The notes under the pieces are model-generated. The model did not search any database. It was not told the origin of the DNA and worked only from the letters and a program-made list of their open reading frames with translations. A program made the translations under genes and the position numbers. Below are positions 1 through 9,236 of a stretch of 31,599 nt of DNA, in pieces; within the stretch, counting starts at the first letter, position 1; the number at the start of each line of letters is the position of its first letter. Location of the stretch: assembly GCA_043732305.1 (NCBI GenBank), contig JAYTHU010000115.1, positions 1 to 31,599 of the forward strand. Reading direction: 5' to 3'. Origin of the DNA: Oligoflexia bacterium. Lineage in GTDB: Bacteria; Bdellovibrionota; Bdellovibrionia; JABDDW01.

Positions 1-42
1 TCCGACGATTATGAAAATTTGAAATACTTTTTTTATTTTCAT
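1..42 (-). CDS. actF: 5' end of next ACIII operon gene, probably ActF (truncated by window edge)
   Basis: ATG at 42-40 overlaps the actE stop (ATGA); open frame MKIKKVFQIFIIVG runs off the window; identity from operon order only. Confidence 0.5.
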   Translation of the reverse strand, partial: MKIKKVFQIFIIVG

Positions 43-656
43 TTCTTTTGTCCTAACCCTTTAAGATCTGCATCTGTGGGCGCGGAAGCTCTTTGAAGAC
101 CGCGCACGTAATGAATGACGGCCCATCGATCGTCGGGCTCGAGTTGAGAGCCGTAACTGGGCATCAAATTTTGTCCGCGAGTGATAACATTAAAGATGCA
201 ACCATCAGCCCAAGTTTTAACTTTATCACTTAAGAGTGAAGGGGGACGGGGATAGGGAGGTACAACATAGCCTTCGCCGTTTCCTTTGGGTCCATGACAA
301 ACGATGCAATAGGTATTGAACATCTTTTGTCCACGTTCTACCACGTTTTTGGTTCGCAAGAGAGGATTGTGCAATTCTTTGCACGCCTTGTCTGTTTCAG
401 ACGCATCGTAATGATAGGGCTGATAATTTATGGGAACTGTTCCTTCTGGAGGAACGCGAGCCGCAGCACCGTCAGGTGAGTGATGATCTTCTTTTTGTGC
501 TTTGTAGGAAGTGCTTTCATACATGTCAGGGGTCATTTCCCATTCGGGCGTCGACTTGGTGCAACCTACTGCGAATCCAACTAAGAGTAAGCTTAGTAGC
601 GCAATTTGACGCGGTCCTGGACAAAAAGGAAGCTGGTACGTTTTGGCGGATTTCAT
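39..656 (-). CDS. actE: Alternative complex III subunit E, monoheme cytochrome c lipoprotein
   Basis: Lipobox FAVGC, PDMY motif, single CIVCH heme motif, MPSY axial Met; ATGA overlap with actD stop; operon order. Confidence 0.9.
   Translation of the reverse strand: MKSAKTYQLPFCPGPRQIALLSLLLVGFAVGCTKSTPEWEMTPDMYESTSYKAQKEDHHSPDGAAARVPPEGTVPINYQPYHYDASETDKACKELHNPLLRTKNVVERGQKMFNTYCIVCHGPKGNGEGYVVPPYPRPPSLLSDKVKTWADGCIFNVITRGQNLMPSYGSQLEPDDRWAVIHYVRGLQRASAPTDADLKGLGQKK
604..640. repeat. 37-bp dispersed repeat, copy 1 (in frame within the actE N-terminus; terminal GGTACC changed to GGTACG)
   Basis: ATTTGACGCGGTCCTGGACAAAAAGGAAGCTGGTACG; 31/37 identical to copy at 22304-22340. Confidence 0.9.
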
Positions 657-1162
657 GAGACCACCGAGATTTCTTCAGGATGAAGACCACTCATAAAACT
701 TTTCACTTCGCCCTCGTTATAATTTTTCTCTGTCGATGGAACAAATAGGACAAAACGATCATTGGTGATTCGTTCGTGCAAAATTTTAGCATTAGTGTTG
801 GGAAGTCTGCATACAGCAAAGAGCGCGCCGACTGTGGCCAAACCGCCAAAAAGAACGGTGAGTTCAAACATGATTGGAACAAATGCGGGGAAAGAAACGA
901 AAGGTTTCCCACCAACGTTGATGGGCCAGTCAAAAGCGGAAGTCCATATTTCCAGAGCCGTCGCAAAAACCAAGCCAGTCAAACCTGCAACTAAGGTCAC
1001 GTAGGGAAGCCAAGAACGCTTGAGTCCCATGGCATCATCCAATCCGTGAACAGGGTACGGTGTGAGGGCATCGTAGTTTTTATAATTTTTGTCGCGAGCC
1101 GCTTTCGCCGCCGCAATAATTTCGCCTTCGGTTTTAAAGACGGCAATCATCCCTGCACTCAT
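653..1162 (-). CDS. actD: Alternative complex III subunit D (DUF3341 membrane protein)
   Basis: TPYPVHGLD, DWPINVGGKP and FELTVLF motifs, two TM segments, lies between actC and actE. Confidence 0.92.
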   Translation of the reverse strand: MSAGMIAVFKTEGEIIAAAKAARDKNYKNYDALTPYPVHGLDDAMGLKRSWLPYVTLVAGLTGLVFATALEIWTSAFDWPINVGGKPFVSFPAFVPIMFELTVLFGGLATVGALFAVCRLPNTNAKILHERITNDRFVLFVPSTEKNYNEGEVKSFMSGLHPEEISVVS

Positions 1163-2571
1163 CAGTGTGCTCCTTTGTTATGTTCACCGTTTTTCATCAC
1201 GCCTTTGATTTCTGCCATCGCGATCATAGGTAGCAAACGACAGAAGAGCAAAAATAGCGTGAAGAACAAGCCAAAGCTTCCTATAGTGACACCCCAATCC
1301 CAGAGTGTGGGACGGTAATATCTCCAAGAAGATGGCAAAAAGTCAGAGTTCAAAGAGGTGACAACAATAACAAATCGCTCGTACCACATTCCGACGTTCA
1401 CTAAAATTGAAAGTATGAACATGATTTTCAGGTTACGGCGAATTTTTCTAAACCAAAAAAGTTGAGGCCAGAAAACGTTACAGGTAATCATTGTCCAATA
1501 AGACCAGGCGTAAGGCCCGAGTGCTCGTTGGATAAAGATAAATCTCTCGTAAGGATTTCCGCTATACCAAGCCATGAAAAATTCAGACGCGTACGCGTAG
1601 CCGACGAGTGAACCCGTGAGCAAGATGACCTTGTTCATGTTTTCCAAGTGATTGAGCGTGATGTAATTCTGAAGATTGAATGTTTCGCGAGCGATACACA
1701 GGAGTGTGACGACCATTGCAAAACCGGAGAAGATCGCGCCAGCAACGAAATAGGGAGGGAAAATTGTTGTGTGCCAACCTGGCAATAGTGAAACGGCGAA
1801 ATCGAAAGAGACGATCGTGTGAACGGACAAAACGAGCGGTGCTGAAAGTCCGGCTAAAACCAAATAGGCGATTTCGTAATGTGACCAGTGCTTGTTGCTC
1901 CCGGTCCATCCCATTGCGAGTGTTCCATAAATCATTTTTCGTACTTTGTTTTTGGCGCGATCTCTGATCGAAGCCAAATCAGGAATGAGTCCAACGTACC
2001 AAAACACGGCTGAAATAGTTAAGTAAGTAGAAACGGCAAAAACGTCCCAAATAAGTGGTGATCTGAAGTTGATCCAAAGTGGTCCGCGATTATTTGGGTA
2101 GGGGAAAAGCCAGAAGGCGAGCCATGGGCGTCCAACGTGAATGAGTGGGAACAATCCTGCTGTCATGACGGCAAAGATTGTCATGGCTTCAGCGGATCTG
2201 TTGACGGCGGTTCGCCATTTTTGTCTAAACAAAAACAGAATTGCAGAAATCAAAGTCCCTGCGTGACCAATACCAATCCAAAAAACGAAATCGATAATGA
2301 AAACGCCCCAACCAACGGGAGAGTTGATTCCAACATTTCCGAGTCCATCAAGCACGCACCAAATGATGGCAACACTTCCGAAGCCCAGAGCGCTGACCGC
2401 GATTAAGAAAGCGATGTACCATTTCTTGGTTGGAAAGCTTTCAAGTGGCCGAGACACGTCTGTGTTGACATCTCTAAGTTCCAGATTTCCGAGAACCAAA
2501 GGTTCCCTATCAATAAGAGTACCCGTTGTCAGGTTGGAGTTTGAATTAGTAGTAGTCACTGGTTCCATCAA
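1162..2571 (-). CDS. actC: Alternative complex III subunit C (NrfD/PsrC-family quinol-binding membrane subunit)
   Basis: [53 protein letters not shown] motifs; many TM segments. Confidence 0.95.
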   Translation of the reverse strand: MMEPVTTTNSNSNLTTGTLIDREPLVLGNLELRDVNTDVSRPLESFPTKKWYIAFLIAVSALGFGSVAIIWCVLDGLGNVGINSPVGWGVFIIDFVFWIGIGHAGTLISAILFLFRQKWRTAVNRSAEAMTIFAVMTAGLFPLIHVGRPWLAFWLFPYPNNRGPLWINFRSPLIWDVFAVSTYLTISAVFWYVGLIPDLASIRDRAKNKVRKMIYGTLAMGWTGSNKHWSHYEIAYLVLAGLSAPLVLSVHTIVSFDFAVSLLPGWHTTIFPPYFVAGAIFSGFAMVVTLLCIARETFNLQNYITLNHLENMNKVILLTGSLVGYAYASEFFMAWYSGNPYERFIFIQRALGPYAWSYWTMITCNVFWPQLFWFRKIRRNLKIMFILSILVNVGMWYERFVIVVTSLNSDFLPSSWRYYRPTLWDWGVTIGSFGLFFTLFLLFCRLLPMIAMAEIKGVMKNGEHNKGAH

Positions 2572-5500
2572 ACCGTCTCCGTGTTTCTGATTTTGGTCAG
2601 ATAGGTGATTGAGGGTCTCACGTTGAGTTCTTCAAGCACGTGGTATCCGCGAGGGTCTTTCGAAATCCTTGAGATTTCACTTTCGGGATCGTTAATATTT
2701 CCGAAGGTGATGGCGTCAGCTGGGCAGCTCTGTTGACAGGCTGTTTTCACTTCGCCGTCTTTGATTGGGCGACCCAAGTTTTTTGCGACGTTACGAGAAT
2801 CATGAATTCTTTGAATGCAGAAACTGCATTTTTCCATCACGCCACGTGAACGAACGGTGACTTCTGGATTTTGAGCCAATCCTGACGGATATTTTGTTTG
2901 TCCGCCGTAATTGTATTCAAACCAGTTGAAGCGTCTGACTTTGTAAGGACAGTTGTTGGCGCAGTAACGTGTTCCGACGCAGCGATTGTAAATCTGGCTA
3001 TTCAAACCTTCGCTGTCGTGAACTGTCGCCAGCACTGGACATACGGTTTCGCATGGAGCGTTTTCACAGTGCTGACAAAGCATGGGTTGGAACGCCACTT
3101 GAGGGGCGTCCACAGTTCCGGTGTAATATCTGTCGATACGAATCCAGTGCATGATCCGACCGCGGTTCACTCCGTCTTTTCCGACTACTGGAATGTTGTT
3201 TTCGGATTGGCAGCTCACAACACAAGCATTGCAACCTGTGCAAGAATTCATGTCGATGGCCATACCCCAACGGTAACCCTCATATTTGTGAGGAGTCCAA
3301 AGTGTGGTCAACTTGTCTTTTTCAGTTTCGTTGCCAGCGGAAGGATTTTCCAACCAATCTTTGTAGGAAGCTTCTTTGATGATGTCTCGGCCTTCCATAC
3401 TTTGATTTTGCTGTGGATTAGCGAGTACATACTTTTCACCGGTTTTGGTGAGTTCAGTTTGCATTCCGGCATATTGCATTCCGCCATTAGCGGTCATTTT
3501 TGCGAATCGGAAAAAGTTTTTTCCGATTCCATTGCCAATACTGCCAGTAGCTTCTCGTCCGTAGCCAAGAGCTACGGCAACAACTTTTTCACTTAATCCT
3601 GCCTGAACGTGAGCTGGAATTTCAATCTCATGTGCTCCAACTTTAAATTTGACGATGTCGCCATCCATCAAACCTAGTTTTTTCGCGGTAGCGGGCGCAA
3701 CAGATGCGTAGTTATCCCAGCAAACGCGAGTGATAGGATCTGGTAATTCTTGAAGCCAAGGATTGTTAGCCGATGATCCATCATAAGTAGCGATTTGAGC
3801 GTACAGAACAGCTTCTAATGTTGAAGACGATTTTCCAGAATTTGTTTTGTTTGCCATCATCACGTTTTTTAAGCTTCCGTGGAAGCTGCGTGCTGATCCA
3901 GATTTATCTCGACCAACTGCTGCGGTTAATGAAATGCCATCGCGTAGTGCGCTTTCCCAGAAATTAATGAAACTGACTTGTGGACTTATTTTGTTGTTGG
4001 GCGATTTAAATATTGAAGTTTCCCAGTTGTGCTGCAAATAGGAATGCCAATCGGTCAAATCCCCAGCTGCTCCGCCTGATTTGAATTTGGCAGGAGAAAC
4101 TGCTTTACCCCAAACGAGAAGAGAATCTTGGAACTGGCGAGTGTCATAGAGTGCGCGAATCGTGGGCTGTTGAATGCTGAAAAGATTCTTCTGAGGTTCA
4201 GAATCGTTCCAAGCTTCTAAGCTGTGATGATCGGGCAAAACATAATTTGAAAGCAAAGCTGTTTCATTCAACTCATTGCCAATGTACAAAATGGTTTTTA
4301 CTTTTTTAAGTGCTTCTGTGAAACCAGCTTCTAACGGCAAAGTATAAACAGGATTGGCTTTGTAAATAATGAGAGTGTCTACCTTGCCATCATTCATTTC
4401 TTTAATGAGGCCGGATAACTCTTTGTAACTGCCTTGCATTTGATTGGAAGGACTGACGTTATGATCGACGGTTTCGCCATCATTTTTCAACATGCTGTTG
4501 ATCATGTTGACGGCGACTTGAATAGCCAATGCATTTTCTGTCTGACCATGAGGAGATCCAGCAACAACGAGTGAGCGGCCTTGAGCTTTCATCAAGTCAG
4601 CTGCTGCCGTTTTAATGGAAGGAGTAGCTTTGTAATGACTTAAAATATCGCTGTTCGCTGCATCCACTGCGAGTCCACGTGAGTGAAGTTCGGATGCCAA
4701 ACTCAATACCATGGTGAGAGCTTCGCTTGGAGCGATGGCTTCTCTGACATCCGCGTTTGTTCCTGTCAAGGTCATCATGGATTCGAATGCATAAAGTTTT
4801 GAAAGTGATTTTTTAGCTTTGCTCAGTTTTCTTTTTGCTGAAAACTGTTTAGTGAATTCCACGGGAGAAATCCAAGTTCCCAGGAAATCAGCATCGAAAG
4901 AAACAATGACATCAGCTTTGTCGAACCTAAAGCGGGGGAGAATTTTCTCGCCGTAGCTGAGGTTCTGACCTTCAATGATGGCTTCTGAACTGATGGGTTC
5001 ATAAACAACATGCCCACTGTTTGCAAAGCTTGTGAGAAACTGCTTTGCGAGTTTCAAAGTGCTGGGACTATGAATTGTTTCAGTCAACAGGCGAATGTGT
5101 TTGGTGGCTTTAAGTTTTTCGGAAACTTCTTTGTCCACGATTTCCCAAGTGGTCCCAGTCGCACCAATCATGGGTCTTCTTAGACGATCTGGATCATAAA
5201 GATTCAAAAGACTAGATTGCCCACGAGCGCAGAGTCCGCCCTTGTTCATGGGATGATCCGGGTTTCCTTCAAGCTTGATGGGACGGCCTTCACGAGTTTT
5301 AACGAGAGTTCCGCAACCAGCCCCGCATTCGCCACAAACGGAAGCATAATAGTTCGCTATACCGAATGTGACTTCAGGTGGCTGATTCACATAAGGAAGA
5401 ATTTTGTGCATTGGTTTTTGATAACAAGCCGCCGAAGCCATGGCGGTCGAAGCAGCCATGAGTTTCATGAAATCTCTTCTGTCGAAAATGCCGGTAGCGC

Positions 5501-5693
5501 CAACCTTGGATGCGCCCTCAGCCATTGGGCTTTCGGAATTTTTTCCCGGAGAGAGTTTGCTATCGTCGATGATCGGCGAAGACACAAATTCTTTTTTAGA
5601 ATTAGCGATGAACTCGGGATCGTTTTGGAGTTGTTCTAAACTCACCCAGTATTTGCGTTTTGAATCTTTAGTATTTTCCAAATCAAAGCTCAT
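2568..5693 (-). CDS. actB: Alternative complex III subunit B (molybdopterin-oxidoreductase-like domain fused to Fe-S domain), Tat substrate
   Basis: Tat motif DRRDFMK followed by [28 protein letters not shown]-terminal Cys clusters including [12 protein letters not shown]. Start placed at ATG 5693 (GGAGA SD upstream) rather than 5726. Confidence 0.93.
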   Translation of the reverse strand: MSFDLENTKDSKRKYWVSLEQLQNDPEFIANSKKEFVSSPIIDDSKLSPGKNSESPMAEGASKVGATGIFDRRDFMKLMAASTAMASAACYQKPMHKILPYVNQPPEVTFGIANYYASVCGECGAGCGTLVKTREGRPIKLEGNPDHPMNKGGLCARGQSSLLNLYDPDRLRRPMIGATGTTWEIVDKEVSEKLKATKHIRLLTETIHSPSTLKLAKQFLTSFANSGHVVYEPISSEAIIEGQNLSYGEKILPRFRFDKADVIVSFDADFLGTWISPVEFTKQFSAKRKLSKAKKSLSKLYAFESMMTLTGTNADVREAIAPSEALTMVLSLASELHSRGLAVDAANSDILSHYKATPSIKTAAADLMKAQGRSLVVAGSPHGQTENALAIQVAVNMINSMLKNDGETVDHNVSPSNQMQGSYKELSGLIKEMNDGKVDTLIIYKANPVYTLPLEAGFTEALKKVKTILYIGNELNETALLSNYVLPDHHSLEAWNDSEPQKNLFSIQQPTIRALYDTRQFQDSLLVWGKAVSPAKFKSGGAAGDLTDWHSYLQHNWETSIFKSPNNKISPQVSFINFWESALRDGISLTAAVGRDKSGSARSFHGSLKNVMMANKTNSGKSSSTLEAVLYAQIATYDGSSANNPWLQELPDPITRVCWDNYASVAPATAKKLGLMDGDIVKFKVGAHEIEIPAHVQAGLSEKVVAVALGYGREATGSIGNGIGKNFFRFAKMTANGGMQYAGMQTELTKTGEKYVLANPQQNQSMEGRDIIKEASYKDWLENPSAGNETEKDKLTTLWTPHKYEGYRWGMAIDMNSCTGCNACVVSCQSENNIPVVGKDGVNRGRIMHWIRIDRYYTGTVDAPQVAFQPMLCQHCENAPCETVCPVLATVHDSEGLNSQIYNRCVGTRYCANNCPYKVRRFNWFEYNYGGQTKYPSGLAQNPEVTVRSRGVMEKCSFCIQRIHDSRNVAKNLGRPIKDGEVKTACQQSCPADAITFGNINDPESEISRISKDPRGYHVLEELNVRPSITYLTKIRNTETV

Positions 5694-5704
5694 TTCTTTT
5701 TCTC

Positions 5705-6247
5705 CTACCTGTGACAAGTGTCGCAAGTGATGGGCGCATTATACTCGGGTTTTCTATGACAATTCACACACCAGCCCATTGTAAGAGGCGCAACTTGTTT
5801 GATGCGACTCATCTCTTGAACTTCGCCGTGACAAGTCTGACATGCGACACCTTTGGCAATGTGTCTTTGATGATTGAAGTAGGTGAACTCAGGCAAATCA
5901 TGAACCTTGATCCAAGGAATTGGTTTGCTCTGACTGTAATGTTCAGCAATGTACTTGATGTAAGGGCTCTGTGTTTTCACAAGTCTATGACAGTTCATGC
6001 AGATATTTTCTGCTGGCACTGTCGCGTGACGAGATTTTTCCACTGAGATGTGACAATACATGCAAGGGATATTGTATTTTCCCGCATGCAGTTTGTGACT
6101 GAATGGAATGGGTTGTTCAGGGGAGTAACCTTGGTTTTTTTGCGGACCATAGAAGGCGTATAAAACAACACCGACCAAAAATAACATGACAAGGGTCGCA
6201 ATGAGAGCTTTCGTGCGAGCGAAGCCGCTGGGATTCATTCGAGGCAT
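5705..6247 (-). CDS. actA: Alternative complex III subunit A, pentaheme cytochrome c
   Basis: One N-terminal TM, PEQPIPFSHKLH, five CxxCH motifs (CMYCH, CMNCH, CQTCH, CVNCH, CDTCH); start could be 6238. Confidence 0.92.
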   Translation of the reverse strand: MPRMNPSGFARTKALIATLVMLFLVGVVLYAFYGPQKNQGYSPEQPIPFSHKLHAGKYNIPCMYCHISVEKSRHATVPAENICMNCHRLVKTQSPYIKYIAEHYSQSKPIPWIKVHDLPEFTYFNHQRHIAKGVACQTCHGEVQEMSRIKQVAPLTMGWCVNCHRKPEYNAPITCDTCHR

Positions 6248-6354
6248 TCAACAGGCCTTTTGGTTAGAGGTTATTGATTTCAGTGACGATTTAATATTTA
6301 AAGGATTTCAAACCTGTAGACAAGAAAACTTTTTAGTGATCAAACATTATTCTT

Positions 6355-6654
6355 ATGACACAGCAAGACTCAAAAACTAAAAATCCCGCTTCAATCTCGC
6401 GAGATTTCGAACGAAGAGTTGTTTCCGAAGAACCCTCTTTCGCTCCAAACCCTCCTCCAGGAAAGGGTTTAGGGGATAGACAAGGAGAGTCATCTGGGGC
6501 AATAGACCAGAAATCTTCGGTGCCGGAAAAACCGCCGGAGAAATCTATGGACCGGCGGTCCATGTTAAAAAATCTTTTGCCGTTGGCCGGTGAAGTCACC
6601 ACCAAGGCACTTCGCGACTGGTCTTTGACTATCGGTCGTTTGGGTAAGAAGTAA
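6355..6654 (+). CDS. Small hypothetical protein (possible shorter start at 6547)
   Basis: Fills the gap divergent from actA; low-complexity N-terminal part, DRRSMLK motif and C-terminal amphipathic helix. Confidence 0.5.
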   Translation: MTQQDSKTKNPASISRDFERRVVSEEPSFAPNPPPGKGLGDRQGESSGAIDQKSSVPEKPPEKSMDRRSMLKNLLPLAGEVTTKALRDWSLTIGRLGKK

Positions 6655-6711
6655 TCAACGGGATAATGCAGTCCAGCTCGATCGCGCGTCCTTTTTTGTA
6701 AAAGAAAAGAT

Positions 6712-7179
6712 TTACTCAAGCGATAGATTGAATTTATCGGCGCAAGTTGTTCTTGTTGGATTCTCTTTAAGTCGCATACCGAGTTCCGTTGTGAATACTT
6801 CTCGGAGATAGTTTTCACGCCAATGCTCTTTGATTGCCTCAAATAAACCGGGTCGCTTGGAGAGCAGCATTTGGCTAAAGCTCATAAGTCCCGAGTATTG
6901 AAATAAGATTTTTGTGTAACCGTCTTGTAGAACTATGGGTATTGGCTGACGGGCTAGATCCAATAAGAGTATGGCGTGATTGCTGAGCATGATTCCTTCA
7001 GCTCGTATCTCATGTTTTGACCAAGCACGGACCGGGAATCTTCCGAGGTAGGTTTCACTTTTCTCGATTTGATCTTTCACGCGATCATCGAGAAAAGTAA
7101 TATGGGGTGCGCAAAAGGCATAGTGATTATTAAGGAGAATCAGGGTTGAGAAAACACAGAGGCAAATCAGTTTTAGCAT
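6712..7179 (-). CDS. Hypothetical secreted protein
   Basis: Signal-peptide-like N-terminus; starts 6 bp after the resB-like stop; no recognised domain. Confidence 0.6.
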   Translation of the reverse strand: MLKLICLCVFSTLILLNNHYAFCAPHITFLDDRVKDQIEKSETYLGRFPVRAWSKHEIRAEGIMLSNHAILLLDLARQPIPIVLQDGYTKILFQYSGLMSFSQMLLSKRPGLFEAIKEHWRENYLREVFTTELGMRLKENPTRTTCADKFNLSLE

Positions 7180-7185
7180 AAAAAT

Positions 7186-8643
7186 TTAAAGCTTTTTCTT
7201 TTTCTGATTTGGCTGTCTTGTCCAGCGGGGCTTGATGTAAAACATAAAGGCAATCCCGAATACTAATAAGATCGCTCCGATATATTTGATTGCGCGACCA
7301 GGATCATAATTCACAGAGAAAATACTAGCGATAGGCTCGCCACGTTCATTTTGTTCAAAACTCGATTGATACAAAGTGTAGCCATTGTATTTCAAAGGCT
7401 CGTTCATGGAAATCACTTGGGTGCTGTTACGTCCATCAATGCTTACCGTGCTTTCATAGCTGCGTGGTAAGTTTGATCCTTCATACATTCCAAGCTTAAA
7501 TTTTTTCAATTCGAGTTTGAATCCTAAATTGTATTTGCGCCTCACGAAGCTCACAAAATAAGAAAGCTTGTCACCGCGGATTTCATGCGGGCTATCGAGT
7601 TCAAACCAAGCGGGTCTGTGAGCTACGTCTGCACCTTTTTCCACTTTAGTTCTCACTTCGGCTAAAATAGCTGATGTCAGATTTGGCGAATCTTCAGCAG
7701 AATTTGGTTCGATGTCTCGGTAGTCAATTTTCACTTCGGATGATGGAATGAAATTAAGGATTTTAAACTTGAGTCCCATCCATCCTGTTTCAATCTCGTC
7801 GCCTTCTTTAATTTTGCCTTGAAGCTTCGGTTTTCCACCGTCTTTTAAAGCATAGACGGCGTATGTTAGAAGTTTTGTTTTTGGATTTTGCAGAATGACA
7901 ATTTGATTTCTAGGTTGTGGCTGCGGAGGCAAACTTTCGCTTTGGATAAATGTCACGAGTGCCGGCCCAAAATCAAAAAATGGTGGGAGTTGATTGTCTA
8001 AACCCAGCCATTCTTGGACGTCCACTTGCGCGTTCGCCATTTTAAATTTCAAAGCGGGCAGAGCTGCAATTAGAGATTCCGTAGAGGGAGCCGGACCCAC
8101 ACTCACTGATCTTAAGCCACGTTGGACGTACTTGAGAATTTTGAGAGAGTCGTCGTCTACCAGGGGCAAAGTATAATTTTTTTTCTCTGGAGGTCTAAGG
8201 TCAAAGTCAACGGGCTTTTGGAACAGCGGGACTATCGGGCGCCCACGCATGCTTTCGTAGACTCTCAGCTCCGTATTGTCGACGGAGAAGAAACTTCCTG
8301 ATTCATGGAGCGGTAAATACAAAATACCGTCGATGCCTTTTTGCTGCGTGATAAATGATCCCAAAATAATAATGATGAGACCCGAGTGTGTGATCACAAA
8401 TCCCACGTGATGTCTTTTCCACGGGACGCGGTCGATCGCCGAACAAACGAGATTCATAATTAAAAGTAACATAAGGATCGTTGCGTAAAAACTGTGATAA
8501 ACAAATTTCTGCGCCATCGGAGTTCCATGCAGAGATTCATAAAAAGTCCCTGTGGCTAAAAGTGTGCCCAAAGACAAAATCAACATAACGGCGAGTTTAA
8601 TAGATGAGAAGAAATTAAATATTTGTTTCATTTTATAAGGCAT
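7186..8643 (-). CDS. ResB/Ccs1-like cytochrome c biogenesis protein (system II)
   Basis: FFSSIKLA start, three N-terminal TMs with conserved His (ITHSG), large periplasmic domain, ISMNEPLKYNGYTLYQSSF, C-terminal DPG plus TM. Confidence 0.85.
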   Translation of the reverse strand: MPYKMKQIFNFFSSIKLAVMLILSLGTLLATGTFYESLHGTPMAQKFVYHSFYATILMLLLIMNLVCSAIDRVPWKRHHVGFVITHSGLIIIILGSFITQQKGIDGILYLPLHESGSFFSVDNTELRVYESMRGRPIVPLFQKPVDFDLRPPEKKNYTLPLVDDDSLKILKYVQRGLRSVSVGPAPSTESLIAALPALKFKMANAQVDVQEWLGLDNQLPPFFDFGPALVTFIQSESLPPQPQPRNQIVILQNPKTKLLTYAVYALKDGGKPKLQGKIKEGDEIETGWMGLKFKILNFIPSSEVKIDYRDIEPNSAEDSPNLTSAILAEVRTKVEKGADVAHRPAWFELDSPHEIRGDKLSYFVSFVRRKYNLGFKLELKKFKLGMYEGSNLPRSYESTVSIDGRNSTQVISMNEPLKYNGYTLYQSSFEQNERGEPIASIFSVNYDPGRAIKYIGAILLVFGIAFMFYIKPRWTRQPNQKKKKL

Positions 8644-8685
8644 TTTTATGACGGGATGAATGCTTGGGTCAAGCTAAGAGAGGCA

Positions 8686-8725
8686 AAATGACGCGGATCT
8701 GGACAGAAAGGTACCTGGTACCTTT
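8686..8725. repeat. 37-bp dispersed repeat, copy 2, abutting the PilZ gene stop codon
   Basis: AAATGACGCGGATCTGGACAGAAAGGTACCTGGTACC, 33/37 identical to copy 4; perfect palindrome AAAGGTACC-T-GGTACCTTT at 8707-8725. Confidence 0.92.
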
Positions 8726-9188
8726 ATTTTTCGTCTTTGCTGGGGAGGAGATCAACGAGGGATTCGCGCCAGTAATCGGGAGCGTCATCGCGGAAGTCGA
8801 CGGCAATTAAAAACTCGCCGCGTCCCAAGGACTTAGTGCGTTTGATTGAACCTTCAATGTAGGTGTCCATCACTTCGATTGTGAAGCCAACAGCGATGTC
8901 GTGCAAAAGTGTCATGGTGAGTGTCGAACGAAGCGACATGGCCACAATTTCTTCACGTTTGACTTGAAGTAAAAGGCCAGTGGCACTGACATCTAAAACT
9001 TCTCCTCGAGAGAAAAGCACTTCACCAGTTTTGAGATCTTTGATGTTGAGAACAAAAATCTCGGCGACTTCTTTTCTAAACGAGTGCTCCCGCTCTTGCT
9101 TCGGTTCTTGTTTCGATTCTGGCAATGTTTTGCGAGAAGGAGCGGGTGTTGCTATTTTTTCTGTGTCAGACGTTTTGCTTTTTTTCAT
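8724..9188 (-). CDS. PilZ-domain protein
   Basis: DVSATG (DxSxxG) motif, Arg pair REHSFR, beta-rich body ending in AVDF and a helix. Confidence 0.7.
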   Translation of the reverse strand: MKKSKTSDTEKIATPAPSRKTLPESKQEPKQEREHSFRKEVAEIFVLNIKDLKTGEVLFSRGEVLDVSATGLLLQVKREEIVAMSLRSTLTMTLLHDIAVGFTIEVMDTYIEGSIKRTKSLGRGEFLIAVDFRDDAPDYWRESLVDLLPSKDEK

Positions 9189-9196
9189 TCATAATT

Positions 9197-9223
9197 TTAT
9201 CGGCTAAACGTGGCCAATCTTAA
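9197..9223 (-). promoter_or_regulatory. Sigma28 (FliA)-type promoter of the PilZ gene
   Basis: Minus strand TTAAGATT-N11-GCCGATAA versus consensus TAAAGTTT-N11-GCCGATAA; perfect -10 and exact spacing. Confidence 0.75.
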
Positions 9224-9236
9224 CTAAACAAACGAT

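Noticed and set aside
6330..6343. FNR-like box TTTTT-N4-ATCAA upstream of actA
   Set aside because: Only one good half-site in AT-rich DNA and no well-placed core promoter
6447..6470. Hairpin AAACCCT..AGGGTTT as a second repeat family
   Set aside because: Single copy with a 7-bp stem inside an ORF
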